Shown here one piece after another: positions 1 through 10,698 of a stretch of DNA of 64,000 bases (its first letter is position 1; each line of letters opens with the position of its first letter). Below the pieces are notes generated by a model that was not told the DNA's origin, made no database searches, and saw nothing but the letters and a program-made list of their open reading frames with translations. The translations under genes were made by a program, and so were the position numbers. This stretch comes from Beijerinckiaceae bacterium (GTDB lineage: Bacteria; Pseudomonadota; Alphaproteobacteria; Rhizobiales; Beijerinckiaceae), in contig CBDAPL010000002.1 in NCBI GenBank assembly GCA_965198495.1, forward strand, positions 467,642 to 531,641, given 5' to 3'.

Positions 1-570
1 TCCGACCAGCGCCCGGCACCAGCACCGGAGCAGACTCCTTGCAACTTCCCCGGCTGCAAGGCCGCTGGAGAGTTCCGCGCTCCGCAGGGGCGAGACCGGG
101 AAGGGCAATTCTTCTGCTTCTGCCTGGAACATGTTCGCGAGTACAATGCGACCTACAATTATTTCAACGGTATGAGTGCCGATGATGTCGCGGTCTATCA
201 ACGCGACGCCCTGACCGGGCATCGGCCGACGTGGACCATGGGCACGAACCGTGGCGCCAAAGGATTTCGGGAGGACGGCGATGCAGAGGCAACCAGTGAT
301 CCGCTCGGCATGTTTCGTGCGAAGCCTGAGACGGCGTCGGGGCGCAGGGTGCGTGAGCCGCAGAAGCCTCGTGTCGGCGTCGCCGCAATGAAAGCTCTTG
401 ATCAACTCGGTCTCGATGACACGGCGGGCGCACCAACGGTCAAGGCTCGATACAAGGATCTTGTGAAGCGTCTCCATCCTGACGCGAATGGCGGTGACCG
501 GTCCAATGAGGATCGTCTCCGCGAGATTATCCGCGCGTATAACTATCTGAAGTCGATCAAGCTCGCCTAG
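1..570 (+). CDS. J-domain (DnaJ-like) protein with N-terminal Cys-rich segment, 5'-partial
   Basis: Frame 1 is open from base 1 (..CNFPGCKAAGEFRAP..FFCFCLEHVREYN..). The C-terminal J domain has the HPD motif (KARYKDLVKRLHPDANGGD). Stop at 568-570. Confidence 0.8.
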   Translation, partial: SDQRPAPAPEQTPCNFPGCKAAGEFRAPQGRDREGQFFCFCLEHVREYNATYNYFNGMSADDVAVYQRDALTGHRPTWTMGTNRGAKGFREDGDAEATSDPLGMFRAKPETASGRRVREPQKPRVGVAAMKALDQLGLDDTAGAPTVKARYKDLVKRLHPDANGGDRSNEDRLREIIRAYNYLKSIKLA

Positions 571-626
571 GGCGGAACGTCCATCCGGGCCCGCGAGACT
601 TTAACGATGGGCGATTAGGAAATTAA

Positions 627-1640
627 ATGCAGAGCGTTACCATCGACGAGGGCCAGTCTGGCGGTTTGCCCGATATGAAAGTGTCGGTGCGTCAGGTCTT
701 CGGGATCGATAGCGACATGGAGGCGCCGGCTTACTCGCGGAGCGAGCAGCACGTCCCAGATCTCGATCCAGACTACCTGTTTGATCGCGATACGACGCTT
801 GCGATCCTCGCCGGCTTCGCCAAGAACCGTCGCGTCATGGTCACCGGTTATCATGGTACCGGCAAATCGACGCACATCGAGCAAGTCGCGGCTCGTTTGA
901 ATTGGCCGTGCGTGCGTATCAACCTTGATAGTCACGTGTCGCGGGTCGATCTCGTCGGCAAGGACGCGATCGTCCTCAAGGACGGCAAGCAAGTCACCGA
1001 ATTTCGCGATGGGATCCTTCCATGGGCCCTCCAAAACAATGTGGCGCTGTGCTTCGACGAATATGATGCGGGTCGGCCCGACGTCATGTTTGTCATTCAG
1101 CGCGTTTTGGAAGTGGCGGGCCGCCTGACGCTATTGGATCAAAGTCGCGTGATACGTCCGCACCCTGCGTTCCGTCTGTTCGCCACTACAAACACGATCG
1201 GCCTGGGCGACACGTCGGGTCTCTATCACGGGACGCAGCAGATCAATCAGGGGCAGATGGATCGCTGGTCGATTGTCGCCACGCTGAACTATCTTCCGCA
1301 CGATCGCGAAGTGGATATCGTCGAGGCCAAGGTCCCGAAATTTGCCGGTATCAAAAGCAAGGACGGCAAGACCGGGCGCGAGCAGATCTCCCGGATGGTG
1401 CGGGTCGCCGATCTCACGCGCAATTCGTTCATGGCCGGGGACCTATCGACCGTCATGAGCCCGCGCACGGTTATCACCTGGGCCGAGAACGCCGAAATCT
1501 TCGGCGACGTGGGTTTCGCGTTCCGGCTCACCTTCCTGAACAAGTGCGATGAACTCGAACGCACGCTCGTCGCCGAATTCTATCAGCGTTGCTTTGGGCA
1601 GGAACTGCCTGAAAGCGCGGTCAACGTCGTGATGAGTTGA
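627..1640 (+). CDS. cobS: cobaltochelatase subunit CobS (MoxR-type AAA+ ATPase)
   Basis: 337 aa. Walker [10 protein letters not shown] and the conserved CobS-type stretch [30 protein letters not shown]. Sits immediately upstream of cobT. Confidence 0.9.
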   Translation: MQSVTIDEGQSGGLPDMKVSVRQVFGIDSDMEAPAYSRSEQHVPDLDPDYLFDRDTTLAILAGFAKNRRVMVTGYHGTGKSTHIEQVAARLNWPCVRINLDSHVSRVDLVGKDAIVLKDGKQVTEFRDGILPWALQNNVALCFDEYDAGRPDVMFVIQRVLEVAGRLTLLDQSRVIRPHPAFRLFATTNTIGLGDTSGLYHGTQQINQGQMDRWSIVATLNYLPHDREVDIVEAKVPKFAGIKSKDGKTGREQISRMVRVADLTRNSFMAGDLSTVMSPRTVITWAENAEIFGDVGFAFRLTFLNKCDELERTLVAEFYQRCFGQELPESAVNVVMS

Positions 1641-1643
1641 GGT

Positions 1644-3551
1644 TTGAGTTCGAACCATAAGCCATCCGGCAAGCTCGACACGCCGCAGGAGCCGTTCAAG
1701 CGCGCGTTGGCGGGTTGCATGCGCGCGCTCGCACGGACTCCCGATCTCGAGGTGACCTTCGCGCCGGAGCGACCGAACCTGATACGATCGTCCGAAGGTG
1801 CTAAGGCACGGCTTCCGGAACCGTCGCGCAAGCTTACCGCGCGCGATGCGGCTATTGTCCGCGGTCACGCCGACGCCATGGCGCTCCGACTCACCTGCCA
1901 CGACAGCGACATTCATCGCCGGCTGATGCCTCAGGCCCAGAGCGCCCGGGCCTGCTTCGATGCGGTCGAACAGGCCAGGGTCGAGGCAATAGGATCGCGC
2001 CGGATGGAAGGCGTCGCCGGTAACCTTGCCGCGATGCTCGATGACCGGCTGGTCCGCGCCCGCATGCCTGAGATCACGCAGCGTGTCGAGGCGCCGCTGG
2101 AAGAAGCGCTCGCCCTCGTCGTGCGAGAACGGCTGACCGGCGCCAGGCCGCCCAAGAGCGGCGAACGTGTCGTCGATCTCTGGCGTCCGTGGATCGAGGA
2201 GCGCATCGGCCGCGATCTCGACAAGCTTGTTTCGACGATCGACAACCAGAAAGCGTTCGCGCAATTCGTCCACAAGCTGCTCGCTGCTCTCGATATGGGC
2301 GAAGAGTCGAGTTCCGAAAGCGAGGAGAACGCGGACGAGTCGCGCGATGATGCGCAGAGCGAAGGCGAGCAGGACGAGGAGCGCCAAGGCGAGGCCGAGC
2401 GCTCGGACGACGGCATGCAAAGCGAGAAGGCGGAAGCCTCGTCCGAGGAAATGGACGAGACCGCGATGGATTCGGCCGAGGCACCGAGCGGCGAAACGAA
2501 CGAGGATGCCGACTACTCCGACGCCGAGCAAGCCTCCGAAGCCAAGCGAGCGCCGACGGCGGCCCGAAGCGAATACAAGGGCCCCGACTACAAGGCTTTC
2601 AGTCGCGTCAATGACGAGATCATCGCCGCAGAGGATTTGTGCGATCCTGAAGAGCTGGAGAGACTGCGCGCCTTTCTCGACAAACAGTTGCAGAATCTGT
2701 CATCGATCGTGGCGCGCCTTGCCAATCGGCTGCAACGCCGGCTGATGGCGCAGCAAAACCGGTCTTGGGAATTCGACCTCGAAGAAGGCATGCTCGACCC
2801 CTCCCGGCTGCCGCGCATCATCATTGATCCCAACCAGCCGTTGTCGTTTAAGCGTGAGAAGGACACCGATTTCCGCGATACGGTGGTAACTTTGCTGCTT
2901 GATAACTCCGGCTCAATGCGTGGTCGTCCAATAACCGTTGCGGCGACTTGCGCGGATATACTCGCACGCACTCTTGAGCGGTGCGGCGTCAAGGTCGAAA
3001 TACTCGGCTTCACCACCCGTGCCTGGAAAGGTGGTCTCGCGCGCGAACATTGGCTTCAGGCCGGCAAACCGGCCTCGCCGGGGCGTCTTAACGATCTTCG
3101 TCACATCATCTACAAGTCCGCCGATGCGCCTTGGCGCAGGGCGCGCCGAAACCTCGGTCTCATGATGCGAGAGGGCCTTCTGAAGGAAAATATCGATGGT
3201 GAGGCTTTAGACTGGGCTCATAAGCGCCTGCTTGCCCGCTCAGAGCAACGCAAGATCCTGATGATGATTTCGGATGGTGCGCCGGTCGATGACTCGACGC
3301 TATCGGTCAACCCGGGCAATTACCTCGAGAGACACTTGCGTCATGTCATTGACGATATAGAGACACGATCGCCCGTGGAGCTGATCGCGATTGGCATCGG
3401 CCACGATGTGACGCGCTACTATCGCCGTGCGGTGACGATTGTGGATGCCGAGGAGCTCGGCGGCGCGATGACCGAGAAGCTCGCCGAACTCTTCAATGAG
3501 ACCGCGACCGCGCCTGGAAAGGTGAAACGGGGACGATCCCTACTGCACTGA
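1644..3551 (+). CDS. cobT: cobaltochelatase subunit CobT (acidic linker plus C-terminal vWA domain)
   Basis: 635 aa. Long Asp/Glu-rich low-complexity centre and a C-terminal vWA/MIDAS-like [13 protein letters not shown]. Lies 3 nt after cobS. Apparent TTG start. Confidence 0.85.
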   Translation: MSSNHKPSGKLDTPQEPFKRALAGCMRALARTPDLEVTFAPERPNLIRSSEGAKARLPEPSRKLTARDAAIVRGHADAMALRLTCHDSDIHRRLMPQAQSARACFDAVEQARVEAIGSRRMEGVAGNLAAMLDDRLVRARMPEITQRVEAPLEEALALVVRERLTGARPPKSGERVVDLWRPWIEERIGRDLDKLVSTIDNQKAFAQFVHKLLAALDMGEESSSESEENADESRDDAQSEGEQDEERQGEAERSDDGMQSEKAEASSEEMDETAMDSAEAPSGETNEDADYSDAEQASEAKRAPTAARSEYKGPDYKAFSRVNDEIIAAEDLCDPEELERLRAFLDKQLQNLSSIVARLANRLQRRLMAQQNRSWEFDLEEGMLDPSRLPRIIIDPNQPLSFKREKDTDFRDTVVTLLLDNSGSMRGRPITVAATCADILARTLERCGVKVEILGFTTRAWKGGLAREHWLQAGKPASPGRLNDLRHIIYKSADAPWRRARRNLGLMMREGLLKENIDGEALDWAHKRLLARSEQRKILMMISDGAPVDDSTLSVNPGNYLERHLRHVIDDIETRSPVELIAIGIGHDVTRYYRRAVTIVDAEELGGAMTEKLAELFNETATAPGKVKRGRSLLH

Positions 3552-3555
3552 CGCT

Positions 3556-4425
3556 CTAGTTTGCAGATAGAGCGGCACGTGTATGCTTCTCGACGAGGGC
3601 ATGCCGCAGCTTCTCCATCGCGCGACTTTCGATTTGACGTACACGCTCCTTGGAAATGCCGAGTTGAGATCCCAGCTCTTCAAGTGTCATAGCTTCGTCG
3701 TTGAGGCGACGCTCGCGCAAGATATTGTACTCGCGATCGGATAGGTGGCTGAGCGCGTCACGCAGCCAACTCAGGCGGCGGTCCGTGTCGATGGCGCTGC
3801 CTACCGTTTCGTCCGGGAGAGGCTGACCATCGGCAAGAAATTCTATCCGCTCGGAAGGACCGGCCTCGCCGTCGTTAAGCGGAGCGTTCAAGGAAACGTC
3901 GGGACCCGATAACCGTGTGTCCATCATCTCAACATCCGCGCGGTTGACGCCGAGCGCTTTGGCGATTTCGCCGTAAAGGACCATCGTTCCGCCCGGCTCG
4001 CGCCCCACCGACAATTTGGCGCGGAGGCGCCGAAGGTTGAAGAATAGCGTTTTTTGCGCCGAACTTGTACCGCCTCGTACAATCGACCAATTGCGGAGAA
4101 TATAGTCCTGAATAGAAGCGCGCACCCACCATGTGGCGTAAGTGGAAAACCGCACCTCACGCTCAGGATCGAAGCGCGCGGCGGCTTCGAGTAGACCGAC
4201 ATGGCCTTCCTGTATCAGGTCTGCGACCGATAACCCGTAGTGACGAAAGCGGACGGCTATAGATATAACCAGGCGCATGTGCGCCTCGGCGAGTTCATGC
4301 AGCGCATTCTGATCCCTACTTTCTTTCCAGCGAACCGCGAGATCATGCTCGTCGCCACGTTCCAGAAAAGGAGCGGACATCGCGGTTTTAACGAATTGCT
4401 GTCCGACGCCGATCAGCTGACCCAT
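3556..4425 (-). CDS. rpoH: RNA polymerase sigma-32 heat-shock factor RpoH
   Basis: 289 aa. RpoH-box-like QKTLFFNLRRLRAKL, sigma-70 region 2 (YATWWVRASIQDYIL) and region 4 (ISKERVRQIESRAMEKLR). Confidence 0.9.
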   Translation of the reverse strand: MGQLIGVGQQFVKTAMSAPFLERGDEHDLAVRWKESRDQNALHELAEAHMRLVISIAVRFRHYGLSVADLIQEGHVGLLEAAARFDPEREVRFSTYATWWVRASIQDYILRNWSIVRGGTSSAQKTLFFNLRRLRAKLSVGREPGGTMVLYGEIAKALGVNRADVEMMDTRLSGPDVSLNAPLNDGEAGPSERIEFLADGQPLPDETVGSAIDTDRRLSWLRDALSHLSDREYNILRERRLNDEAMTLEELGSQLGISKERVRQIESRAMEKLRHALVEKHTRAALSAN

Positions 4426-4557
4426 GATCTCTCCCGCTCACCGCCAAACGAAAGCACCGATGCTGTCGGAGCCACCCGTCCGCATGCCCGGAGGAACAGC
4501 CCTTCCCCTTGTCGGGTTCCGCAGGCGATCAGCGTCGCGCTCTGTTGGTCGACAGGT

Positions 4558-6063
4558 CTACTCAACCACGAGCTTGTAGCGCTCGCTCGGTTTCAAGGCG
4601 GTGTCCGTCTCGAGACCGTTGAGGAGCTCGAAAGTTTCTAGCGGTTTGTCGGGCACGATCATCTTCTTGGCCTCGGCTGCCGCGGTGTCTCCTGTCTTCG
4701 CCGTATCCAACCCGATCCGAAGCGCCTTGACCTTCTCCGCCTCGGCGGGGTCGATCCTACGGAAAGAGTCGATCGCCGCCCGGAAAGCCTTCTCGCGGGC
4801 TTCGTCCAAACCATGCGTGGCGAAGATCAGGCGGTAGACATCACCGGTTTCATACCGAATGACGGCAAGACGGAAGTTCCACTCGCCGGCTCGCGCTGTC
4901 GCGGTAACCGCCGGCATGCCGTTAACGGTTATCGGCTCTATCGAACTCTCCAGCAGACCATCAATCCATCCAGATCGGATATAAGCTGCGAGTACCGTTG
5001 CCTGAGGCAAGGCGATGCTGTCGAGACGTAGCGCCTCGGCGCCGCCCTCCTTTACGCCCAGCACGGCCTGCGTCGAATTTTCTAGCACGAAGCCGTCCGG
5101 CGCGGTGAAGGTGAAGCCGAGCTTCGGCTGCGTAAAGACATGGCCACGGATTGTGCCTTCGGATGGGTCGTCGCCAAACATCATGCCGTCGATCGCGGCA
5201 AGAAAAGCGTCTCTGTCGCGAGTGCCGATGTCGGGCGCTCCGATGCCACGCGCAACTCTGACGGCCGCCGCAACCCGTTCGGGCGTGGAGGGATGCGTCG
5301 CGAGGATGTCTGGCTTGGCGGCGGTGGCGTTCTGTCCAATCAGCGACGCGCGCAGCAAGGTGGAGCGGCCGAGCGACGCGAGGAAGCGACTGGCACCGAA
5401 GGGGTCGTAACCGGCGGCGGCAATCGTGGCAATGCCGATCCGGTCCGCCTCGAGTTCTTGGGCGCGGGAGAAGCCAGCGATCGACAGCTTGGCAGAGGCC
5501 TCGACCTGGGCGCCGCGCTCCTTATTTTGCACAAGCTGCGCGACCTTGCTTATGACAGCGGCGCGCTTCTCCTCCTCCGCGCGGGCAACGGCGTGCCGCG
5601 CTGTGACGTGCGCTATCTCATGCGCCATTACAGCGGCGACTTCCGATCCGTCGTTGGCGAGGGCGAGGAGGCCACGGGTGACGAAGATGTCGCCGGAGGG
5701 CAGCGCGAAAGCGTTGACGATCGGCGAATTGAGGATCGTGACCCTATAGGTCTTGCCGTCGAGATCCCCAGTGGCGGTGAACTTGGTCAGAATGCCGTTG
5801 AGATATCGCTCGACCGCGGCGTCCTTATAGTCGCCGCCGAACAAAGCGACCATGCGTTTGTGCTCGGCGGACGAGGTGCTCTCAGTAATGATCTTGGGCG
5901 CCGCCGAGGCCTCGATCGGCTCGACCTTGACGCCTTGATTGTCCAGCGAAGCGCACCCGGCGAGAAGGCCAGCCAAAAGAAAGACGCAGGTTGCGAGCGA
6001 GCGCCTCGGCACAGCTAGGTCTCGTCCAGCTGTGCTCTTCTCATGCTGGAGCTGCAAGCACAT
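4558..6063 (-). CDS. M48 family zinc metallopeptidase, lipoprotein
   Basis: HExxH motif (AVMAHEIAHVTARH). N-terminal signal with lipobox LLAGC. Exact start not resolved. Confidence 0.8.
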   Translation of the reverse strand: MCLQLQHEKSTAGRDLAVPRRSLATCVFLLAGLLAGCASLDNQGVKVEPIEASAAPKIITESTSSAEHKRMVALFGGDYKDAAVERYLNGILTKFTATGDLDGKTYRVTILNSPIVNAFALPSGDIFVTRGLLALANDGSEVAAVMAHEIAHVTARHAVARAEEEKRAAVISKVAQLVQNKERGAQVEASAKLSIAGFSRAQELEADRIGIATIAAAGYDPFGASRFLASLGRSTLLRASLIGQNATAAKPDILATHPSTPERVAAAVRVARGIGAPDIGTRDRDAFLAAIDGMMFGDDPSEGTIRGHVFTQPKLGFTFTAPDGFVLENSTQAVLGVKEGGAEALRLDSIALPQATVLAAYIRSGWIDGLLESSIEPITVNGMPAVTATARAGEWNFRLAVIRYETGDVYRLIFATHGLDEAREKAFRAAIDSFRRIDPAEAEKVKALRIGLDTAKTGDTAAAEAKKMIVPDKPLETFELLNGLETDTALKPSERYKLVVE

Positions 6064-6066
6064 CGA

Positions 6067-6954
6067 TCAATTGGCCGGTGCGGGCGCCATCGCGGCCGGC
6101 TCGATGAGTTCGATGTCATCAACGCTCGTCAGCTCGATCTGCGGACCGAAGCGCAGATCGAGAAGGCCACGAAGCCGCAGGACATGGCCGATCAGGGATG
6201 GAAGGATCAAGCGTTTAGCCTCGAACGTCTTGATCGTACGCGGCAGGATCGTTGCGGACAACATATGAGCGTCGCGTGAGCCCTGATCAGTCGAAGCAAA
6301 CCTGAGTTTCGTACGATAGGGTCCAGGCACGACCGAGGTCAGACGACCTTCAGCCAATACAATCGTGCCAGATCGCTCGGAGAAGGCGGTCTGATCATCA
6401 ACGGCGAGCACGCCATAGTATGAATCGGCCCATAAACCAAGCTTTGCATCGCGCGCGGCGGTCTCCGCGGCAATCAATGTGTCGCGACAAACGTGAGCGG
6501 ACGGTTCGGCCAGATAGCGGCCAAGACCCGAGCTGATCGCACGGGCCGCAAGCATCTCGCCGCGTCCGCCATTGGCCGGGTCGGAGATGAAGGCCATCGC
6601 GACGACACGTTTCCAGCGATCGGGCTTCGTCGAAAGAGCGTGTATCACCACACCATGACCCAGGACTAGCTTTGCCAAGGCGACACGCGATGTCTCGCCT
6701 AGATCGGGATCGCTCGGGGTCTGTCCCGCTGGATCGAAGCCGGCAAGCCGGATCAGCCGGCCATCGGCAAGCCTTAGCTCAAGCCTCGGCTCGATCGCGA
6801 CCACCTCGACCTTTTCTTCGCCCCGATCAGGACAAGTTTCTCCGTGAGCTTTTGTGCCAGCCAGCAGGAAGAAAGCCAGAAAGGCGCGGGAGTTCAGGCT
6901 TGTAAGCACCCGATCTCTGGTCACGACCCTTACCCCGCTTTCGCCGCACATCAT
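6067..6954 (-). CDS. secreted thermonuclease (SNase)-like family protein
   Basis: 295 aa with an N-terminal hydrophobic segment. SNase-like pattern DRWKRVVAMAF..AARAISSGLGRY..AAETAARDAKLGLWAD. The family call is tentative. Confidence 0.45.
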   Translation of the reverse strand: MMCGESGVRVVTRDRVLTSLNSRAFLAFFLLAGTKAHGETCPDRGEEKVEVVAIEPRLELRLADGRLIRLAGFDPAGQTPSDPDLGETSRVALAKLVLGHGVVIHALSTKPDRWKRVVAMAFISDPANGGRGEMLAARAISSGLGRYLAEPSAHVCRDTLIAAETAARDAKLGLWADSYYGVLAVDDQTAFSERSGTIVLAEGRLTSVVPGPYRTKLRFASTDQGSRDAHMLSATILPRTIKTFEAKRLILPSLIGHVLRLRGLLDLRFGPQIELTSVDDIELIEPAAMAPAPAN

Positions 6955-7075
6955 TCGTGCAACGATAACGTAGAGTTGAGCCAGGACCTACGATGACCTC
7001 TCAACCGTTAAAACGATCGTAGTATATCGTTGCTTTATACGTGCCCCTGGCGCGAGTCATTGAAGGGCGTCAGTC

Positions 7076-7405
7076 GTGCCGTTTCTCGCTTTAACCGGCG
7101 CTCCGTTCCTCGAAGCGGGTGTCAAACTGAACGTCATGGCGACGCCTCAGTCCGTTGGCGTCGCTCTCGCGAGTTTTAAGGTCGGCGAGCGGATTACCAT
7201 ACGCTTCGGGCATTGCTGCCCGGACATAGCGGAAGCCGAGATCACAAGCGTGGGAATCGACCACGCGGTTCTTGCGCTCGGATCGACGGAGTGGATCCTC
7301 GATCTCGGCCCGATCGACAGCGGAGTTTCAGTCCCGGGCATCGTCAGCAAGGACTGGTTCGTGCGTGCGCCCGGCAAGCCGACAAGGGTGTCTGTCGGCA
7401 TTTAG
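7076..7405 (+). CDS. hypothetical protein
   Basis: 109-aa ORF in an otherwise empty gap. No recognisable motif. Start uncertain (internal Met at MATPQS). Confidence 0.25.
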   Translation: MPFLALTGAPFLEAGVKLNVMATPQSVGVALASFKVGERITIRFGHCCPDIAEAEITSVGIDHAVLALGSTEWILDLGPIDSGVSVPGIVSKDWFVRAPGKPTRVSVGI

Positions 7406-7434
7406 CAAGGTGATTGAGGCGCGACGAACCTATG

Positions 7435-8142
7435 TCAATGGCTACAACTGCAGCCGCCGTAGCCGAAGCTGCTCGCGTGGCCGAAACCGGCCGTAGCGTA
7501 ACCGGTCCCGTACCGATAGAATGGCATATCGCCTTCGGTACCGTAGCCCGTCTCCGAAGGGTCGGCATAGCCACCGCTGTAATTCGAATTTTCCAGGCCG
7601 GCGCCACCATTGTTGTAGCCGCCGAAGCTGGAACCGTAACCGCCATCACTGTAGCCGTCGTACGCATTGCCGATTCCGTCACCGATTCCAAACGCGGCAA
7701 CGCGGTCGCCGACATTTCGGCCATACCCGTGCCTGAACTCGCGGCCTACTCCATAGCCGTAGCGCGTCCGAGCAAAGCTGCGGCCGCCGAAGCCCTGGCT
7801 GGCTGGTCCTCTATAGCCGCCACGCTGGAGGCCCGCTCCGGTGTCGATGTGAGGTGAGCCGGCATAGACCCGCGGCGTGTACCGCGCGCTTGTCATGATA
7901 TGCATCGCGCCGCCACCGGAGCTGCGAGCCGCGAAGCTCCCGCCGTAACGCTGCCCGCCATAGCCGCCGCCGTTGCCTCGGTTGCTGACGACGTGCGGTG
8001 CGCCGCCCCCGATCCGTGCGGCGCTCCCTCCGACGGCGCCGCGTCCGCCGCCATGCGGGCTGGCTGATGCCGGGAGGATCATCATGCCAACAAGCGCGAA
8101 CATGAGAGAGGTCGCTGTAAGACCATAGGACAGGTGCTTCAT
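7435..8142 (-). CDS. secreted glycine/tyrosine/arginine-rich low-complexity protein
   Basis: 235 aa. Signal peptide (..MMILPASASP). The body is dominated by GG, GYG and GGY units. C-terminus is GYGGCSCSH. Confidence 0.6.
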   Translation of the reverse strand: MKHLSYGLTATSLMFALVGMMILPASASPHGGGRGAVGGSAARIGGGAPHVVSNRGNGGGYGGQRYGGSFAARSSGGGAMHIMTSARYTPRVYAGSPHIDTGAGLQRGGYRGPASQGFGGRSFARTRYGYGVGREFRHGYGRNVGDRVAAFGIGDGIGNAYDGYSDGGYGSSFGGYNNGGAGLENSNYSGGYADPSETGYGTEGDMPFYRYGTGYATAGFGHASSFGYGGCSCSH

Positions 8143-8477
8143 TCTAAACTCCGTTACGCATCACGCTGGTGCCCCTCGAGGCGGCGCTGTGGGATCGCCG
8201 CTTCAAACTGGGACAAAGTTCCTCGAACCATTGGATCTCTGCAAAAGTCTGCCCGCTCCGCAGCCCTGGCCTCATGAGATCTGAGGCGCGGTGCCAGCAT
8301 CGAGATGCTCTTGCAGTCTCGAAATACCGGCATTATGGGATCGGCGCCGAAGCGAATGGGTCGTTCAGTCGGGCACTTACCACCCTATGCACTTTGGGAC
8401 GCGAGTTGTGACGTGGTCGTCTCGTCAACAAGGGTCACCAAGAATGGACATCGTCTAGCCGAAAAGGCGCAGGTCTC

Positions 8478-8783
8478 ATGTCTCGTACCATCTTGCTGAA
8501 GACCACCCACTCGCTTGGGATTGAAGCAGCGAAGCGACGCATTACGGACCGCTTCGACTCCGCGACCGACAGCTGGATTGGAACTGTAGGGTCGGCGACC
8601 ATGACCTGGATCGGCGACACCGCGCATCTGAAAGCGAGAGCGTTGGCGCAGACCGTGACAGGCACGATCGCGGTCGCGGAGCATGAGATTACGATTGCGA
8701 TCGGCTTGCCGTTGATCATCGCGCCCTTCGGGGGTGCCATCGAAGCCTTCCTAAAGAGCAACGCCGATGCGTTACGTCCCTGA
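8478..8783 (+). CDS. polyhydroxyalkanoic acid system family protein (PHA_gran_rgn-like)
   Basis: 101 aa. Pattern HSLG..AAKRRI...W.GD....V.G.I.V.EHEI.I matches my recollection of the TIGR02610-type family. Confidence 0.55.
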   Translation: MSRTILLKTTHSLGIEAAKRRITDRFDSATDSWIGTVGSATMTWIGDTAHLKARALAQTVTGTIAVAEHEITIAIGLPLIIAPFGGAIEAFLKSNADALRP

Positions 8784-8807
8784 CCTCGTTGGGATCTGAG
8801 ACTCGAT

Positions 8808-10085
8808 TTGGCTCGATTTGTATTCTTGTGCGTGCCCTCGACCGGTCACATCAACCCGATGGTCGCCCTGGCCAGGGAGCTCACGAAACGCGGCCATTCG
8901 ACGACGTTCGCGCACCACACCGACTTCGCGCCTCTAATTGCCCGTCCAGACCTGGAATACATACCGCTGCGCAGCGAAACATACCCGGCCGAGACGTTCA
9001 AAAACCTCCTACTCCGAATTGACCAGGTGAGAGGGCTCCGCGGCATGCGGGCTCTGGTCGATGAGTTCGCGCGGAGCACGGCAATGCTATGCGAGATGTT
9101 GCCAGACGTGCTGCGCGAAATCCCGGCGGATCTTATCATCGGCGACTGGGTCGAACCTGCCGCCGGGCTGGTCGCGCGCCGCATGAGCATCCCTCACATC
9201 TCGGTCGCGGCGGCTCTGCCGTTGAACTTCGAACCGGATGTGCCGCCGCCATTTTTCGGGTCGGCATACGGCCGAAGGTTTTGGCACCGCTATCGCAACA
9301 TCGCCGTGCAGTATGGATCGGAGGCTGTGCAGGCGCCGCTGCGCGAGGTGATCCGATCCTTTGCCGAACGATGGGGGCTGGGCCTACTGTCGCGTATGGA
9401 GCAATGCGCTTCGGGCTATGCGCAAATCGCGCAGATCACCTCCGCCTTGGATTATCCGCGACGCTCGCTCATCGGGTGCTTCCATTACTGTGGGCCTCTA
9501 CGCGGGACGGGTGGTCACCCTTCTCAGGGCACGCTTCAGAAGACATCGAAACGCGCCTTCGCTTCGCTCGGATCTCTGCAAGGGCATCGCATCGATATAT
9601 TCGAGCGCATCGCGGACGCCGCGGTCGGCTGTGACCTCGAACTGACGATCGCGCATGGCGGACGTCTAGGTCGTGATCAGATCGCGCGGCTATCCGCAAA
9701 AGGCGCGGACGTACGCGATTTCGTCTCTTACGACGATGTGTTTCGGCAAACCGATCTCGCGATCCTGCACGGGGGAATGAACGGTGTCTTAGATGCGCTC
9801 GCCAACGGCGTGCCGATCGTCGCGATGCCGCTGGCTTTCGAGCAGCCTGCGATCGCCACTCGCGTTCGCCGCGCCGGTGCTGGCCTCGTGTGTAGTCCTC
9901 GTGCCTCGCGTCGGCAGATTGCGAGGGCGATCCAGAATGTGCGTCTAAACCCGTGTTTCACTGAAGCGGCTCAGCTGGTCGCCAGCGAGATCCGCGCAGC
10001 TGGAGGTTGCGGTCGTGCCGCCGACATCGTCGAATACGTTGCCAGAACGGGAAGACCATTGCTGCGCGCTGACGCCATCGTCTGA
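8808..10085 (+). CDS. GT1 UDP-glycosyltransferase, CrtX (zeaxanthin glucosyltransferase)-like, paralog A
   Basis: 425 aa. N-terminal GHINPMVALARELTKRGH, then ARSTAMLCEMLP, PHISVAAALPLN, FASLGSLQGHR, HGGMNGVLDALANGVPIV..PLAFEQP and GG..AADIVE. This is the CrtX/MGT-type motif order. Confidence 0.8.
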   Translation: MARFVFLCVPSTGHINPMVALARELTKRGHSTTFAHHTDFAPLIARPDLEYIPLRSETYPAETFKNLLLRIDQVRGLRGMRALVDEFARSTAMLCEMLPDVLREIPADLIIGDWVEPAAGLVARRMSIPHISVAAALPLNFEPDVPPPFFGSAYGRRFWHRYRNIAVQYGSEAVQAPLREVIRSFAERWGLGLLSRMEQCASGYAQIAQITSALDYPRRSLIGCFHYCGPLRGTGGHPSQGTLQKTSKRAFASLGSLQGHRIDIFERIADAAVGCDLELTIAHGGRLGRDQIARLSAKGADVRDFVSYDDVFRQTDLAILHGGMNGVLDALANGVPIVAMPLAFEQPAIATRVRRAGAGLVCSPRASRRQIARAIQNVRLNPCFTEAAQLVASEIRAAGGCGRAADIVEYVARTGRPLLRADAIV

Positions 10086-10116
10086 CCTCGCTTTTCTTTA
10101 TGCGCTTCCGATCGGG

Positions 10117-10698
10117 CTAGCCGGACGTGACCACGCCTCTGTGTCTCGTGATGAAGTCATCCACGGAGAGCGCCATCAAGAAAGGTATTTCATCGCCGAT
10201 CTTCTCGTCCGGCCAGTCCCACCAAGCCATGGCAAGAAGGTCTTCGATCTGCCGCTCCGAACAGCGATAGCGTACCAACCGCGCGGGATTGCCAGCAACG
10301 ATCGCGTAGGGCTCCACGCTCTTCGTCACGACGCTGTTCGCCGCGACCACGGCTCCAGATCCGATCGTGACGCCCGACAAGACAGTACAATGGGCACCGA
10401 GCCATATATCCGACCCTAGATGAATGCCGCCGCGGTCCTCGTGATCATCGGGACCGGAAGCGGCTTTCGGCCAGAATTGGCTGAGAGTACGGAAGGGGAA
10501 CGTGCTGACCTGATCCGTCCTATGGTTGCCCAGAATCAACGAGGTTCCCGCCGCGATAGAGCAGAAGCGCCCGATCGTAAGGTCACCATGTTGATCATCG
10601 AAGACGAACGGAGCGCCATAGGTGTGCGCGCCGACGGTCCAGCCGAACTTCTCGATCTCTTCCTGAAGACACAGTCTTGTTTCAAGAGGAAAATTCAC
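10117..10698 (-). CDS. hexapeptide-repeat O-acetyltransferase (CatB/Vat-like)
   Basis: 193 aa. Left-handed beta-helix repeats (IGRFCSIAAG.., LGSDIWLGAHCTVLSGVTIGSGAVVAANSVVTKSVEPYAIVAGNPARLVRYR). Confidence 0.8.
   Translation of the reverse strand: MNFPLETRLCLQEEIEKFGWTVGAHTYGAPFVFDDQHGDLTIGRFCSIAAGTSLILGNHRTDQVSTFPFRTLSQFWPKAASGPDDHEDRGGIHLGSDIWLGAHCTVLSGVTIGSGAVVAANSVVTKSVEPYAIVAGNPARLVRYRCSERQIEDLLAMAWWDWPDEKIGDEIPFLMALSVDDFITRHRGVVTSG

Noticed and set aside
571-626. A cobalamin riboswitch upstream of cobS.
   Set aside because: The gap is only 56 nt and shows no B12-box-like element.
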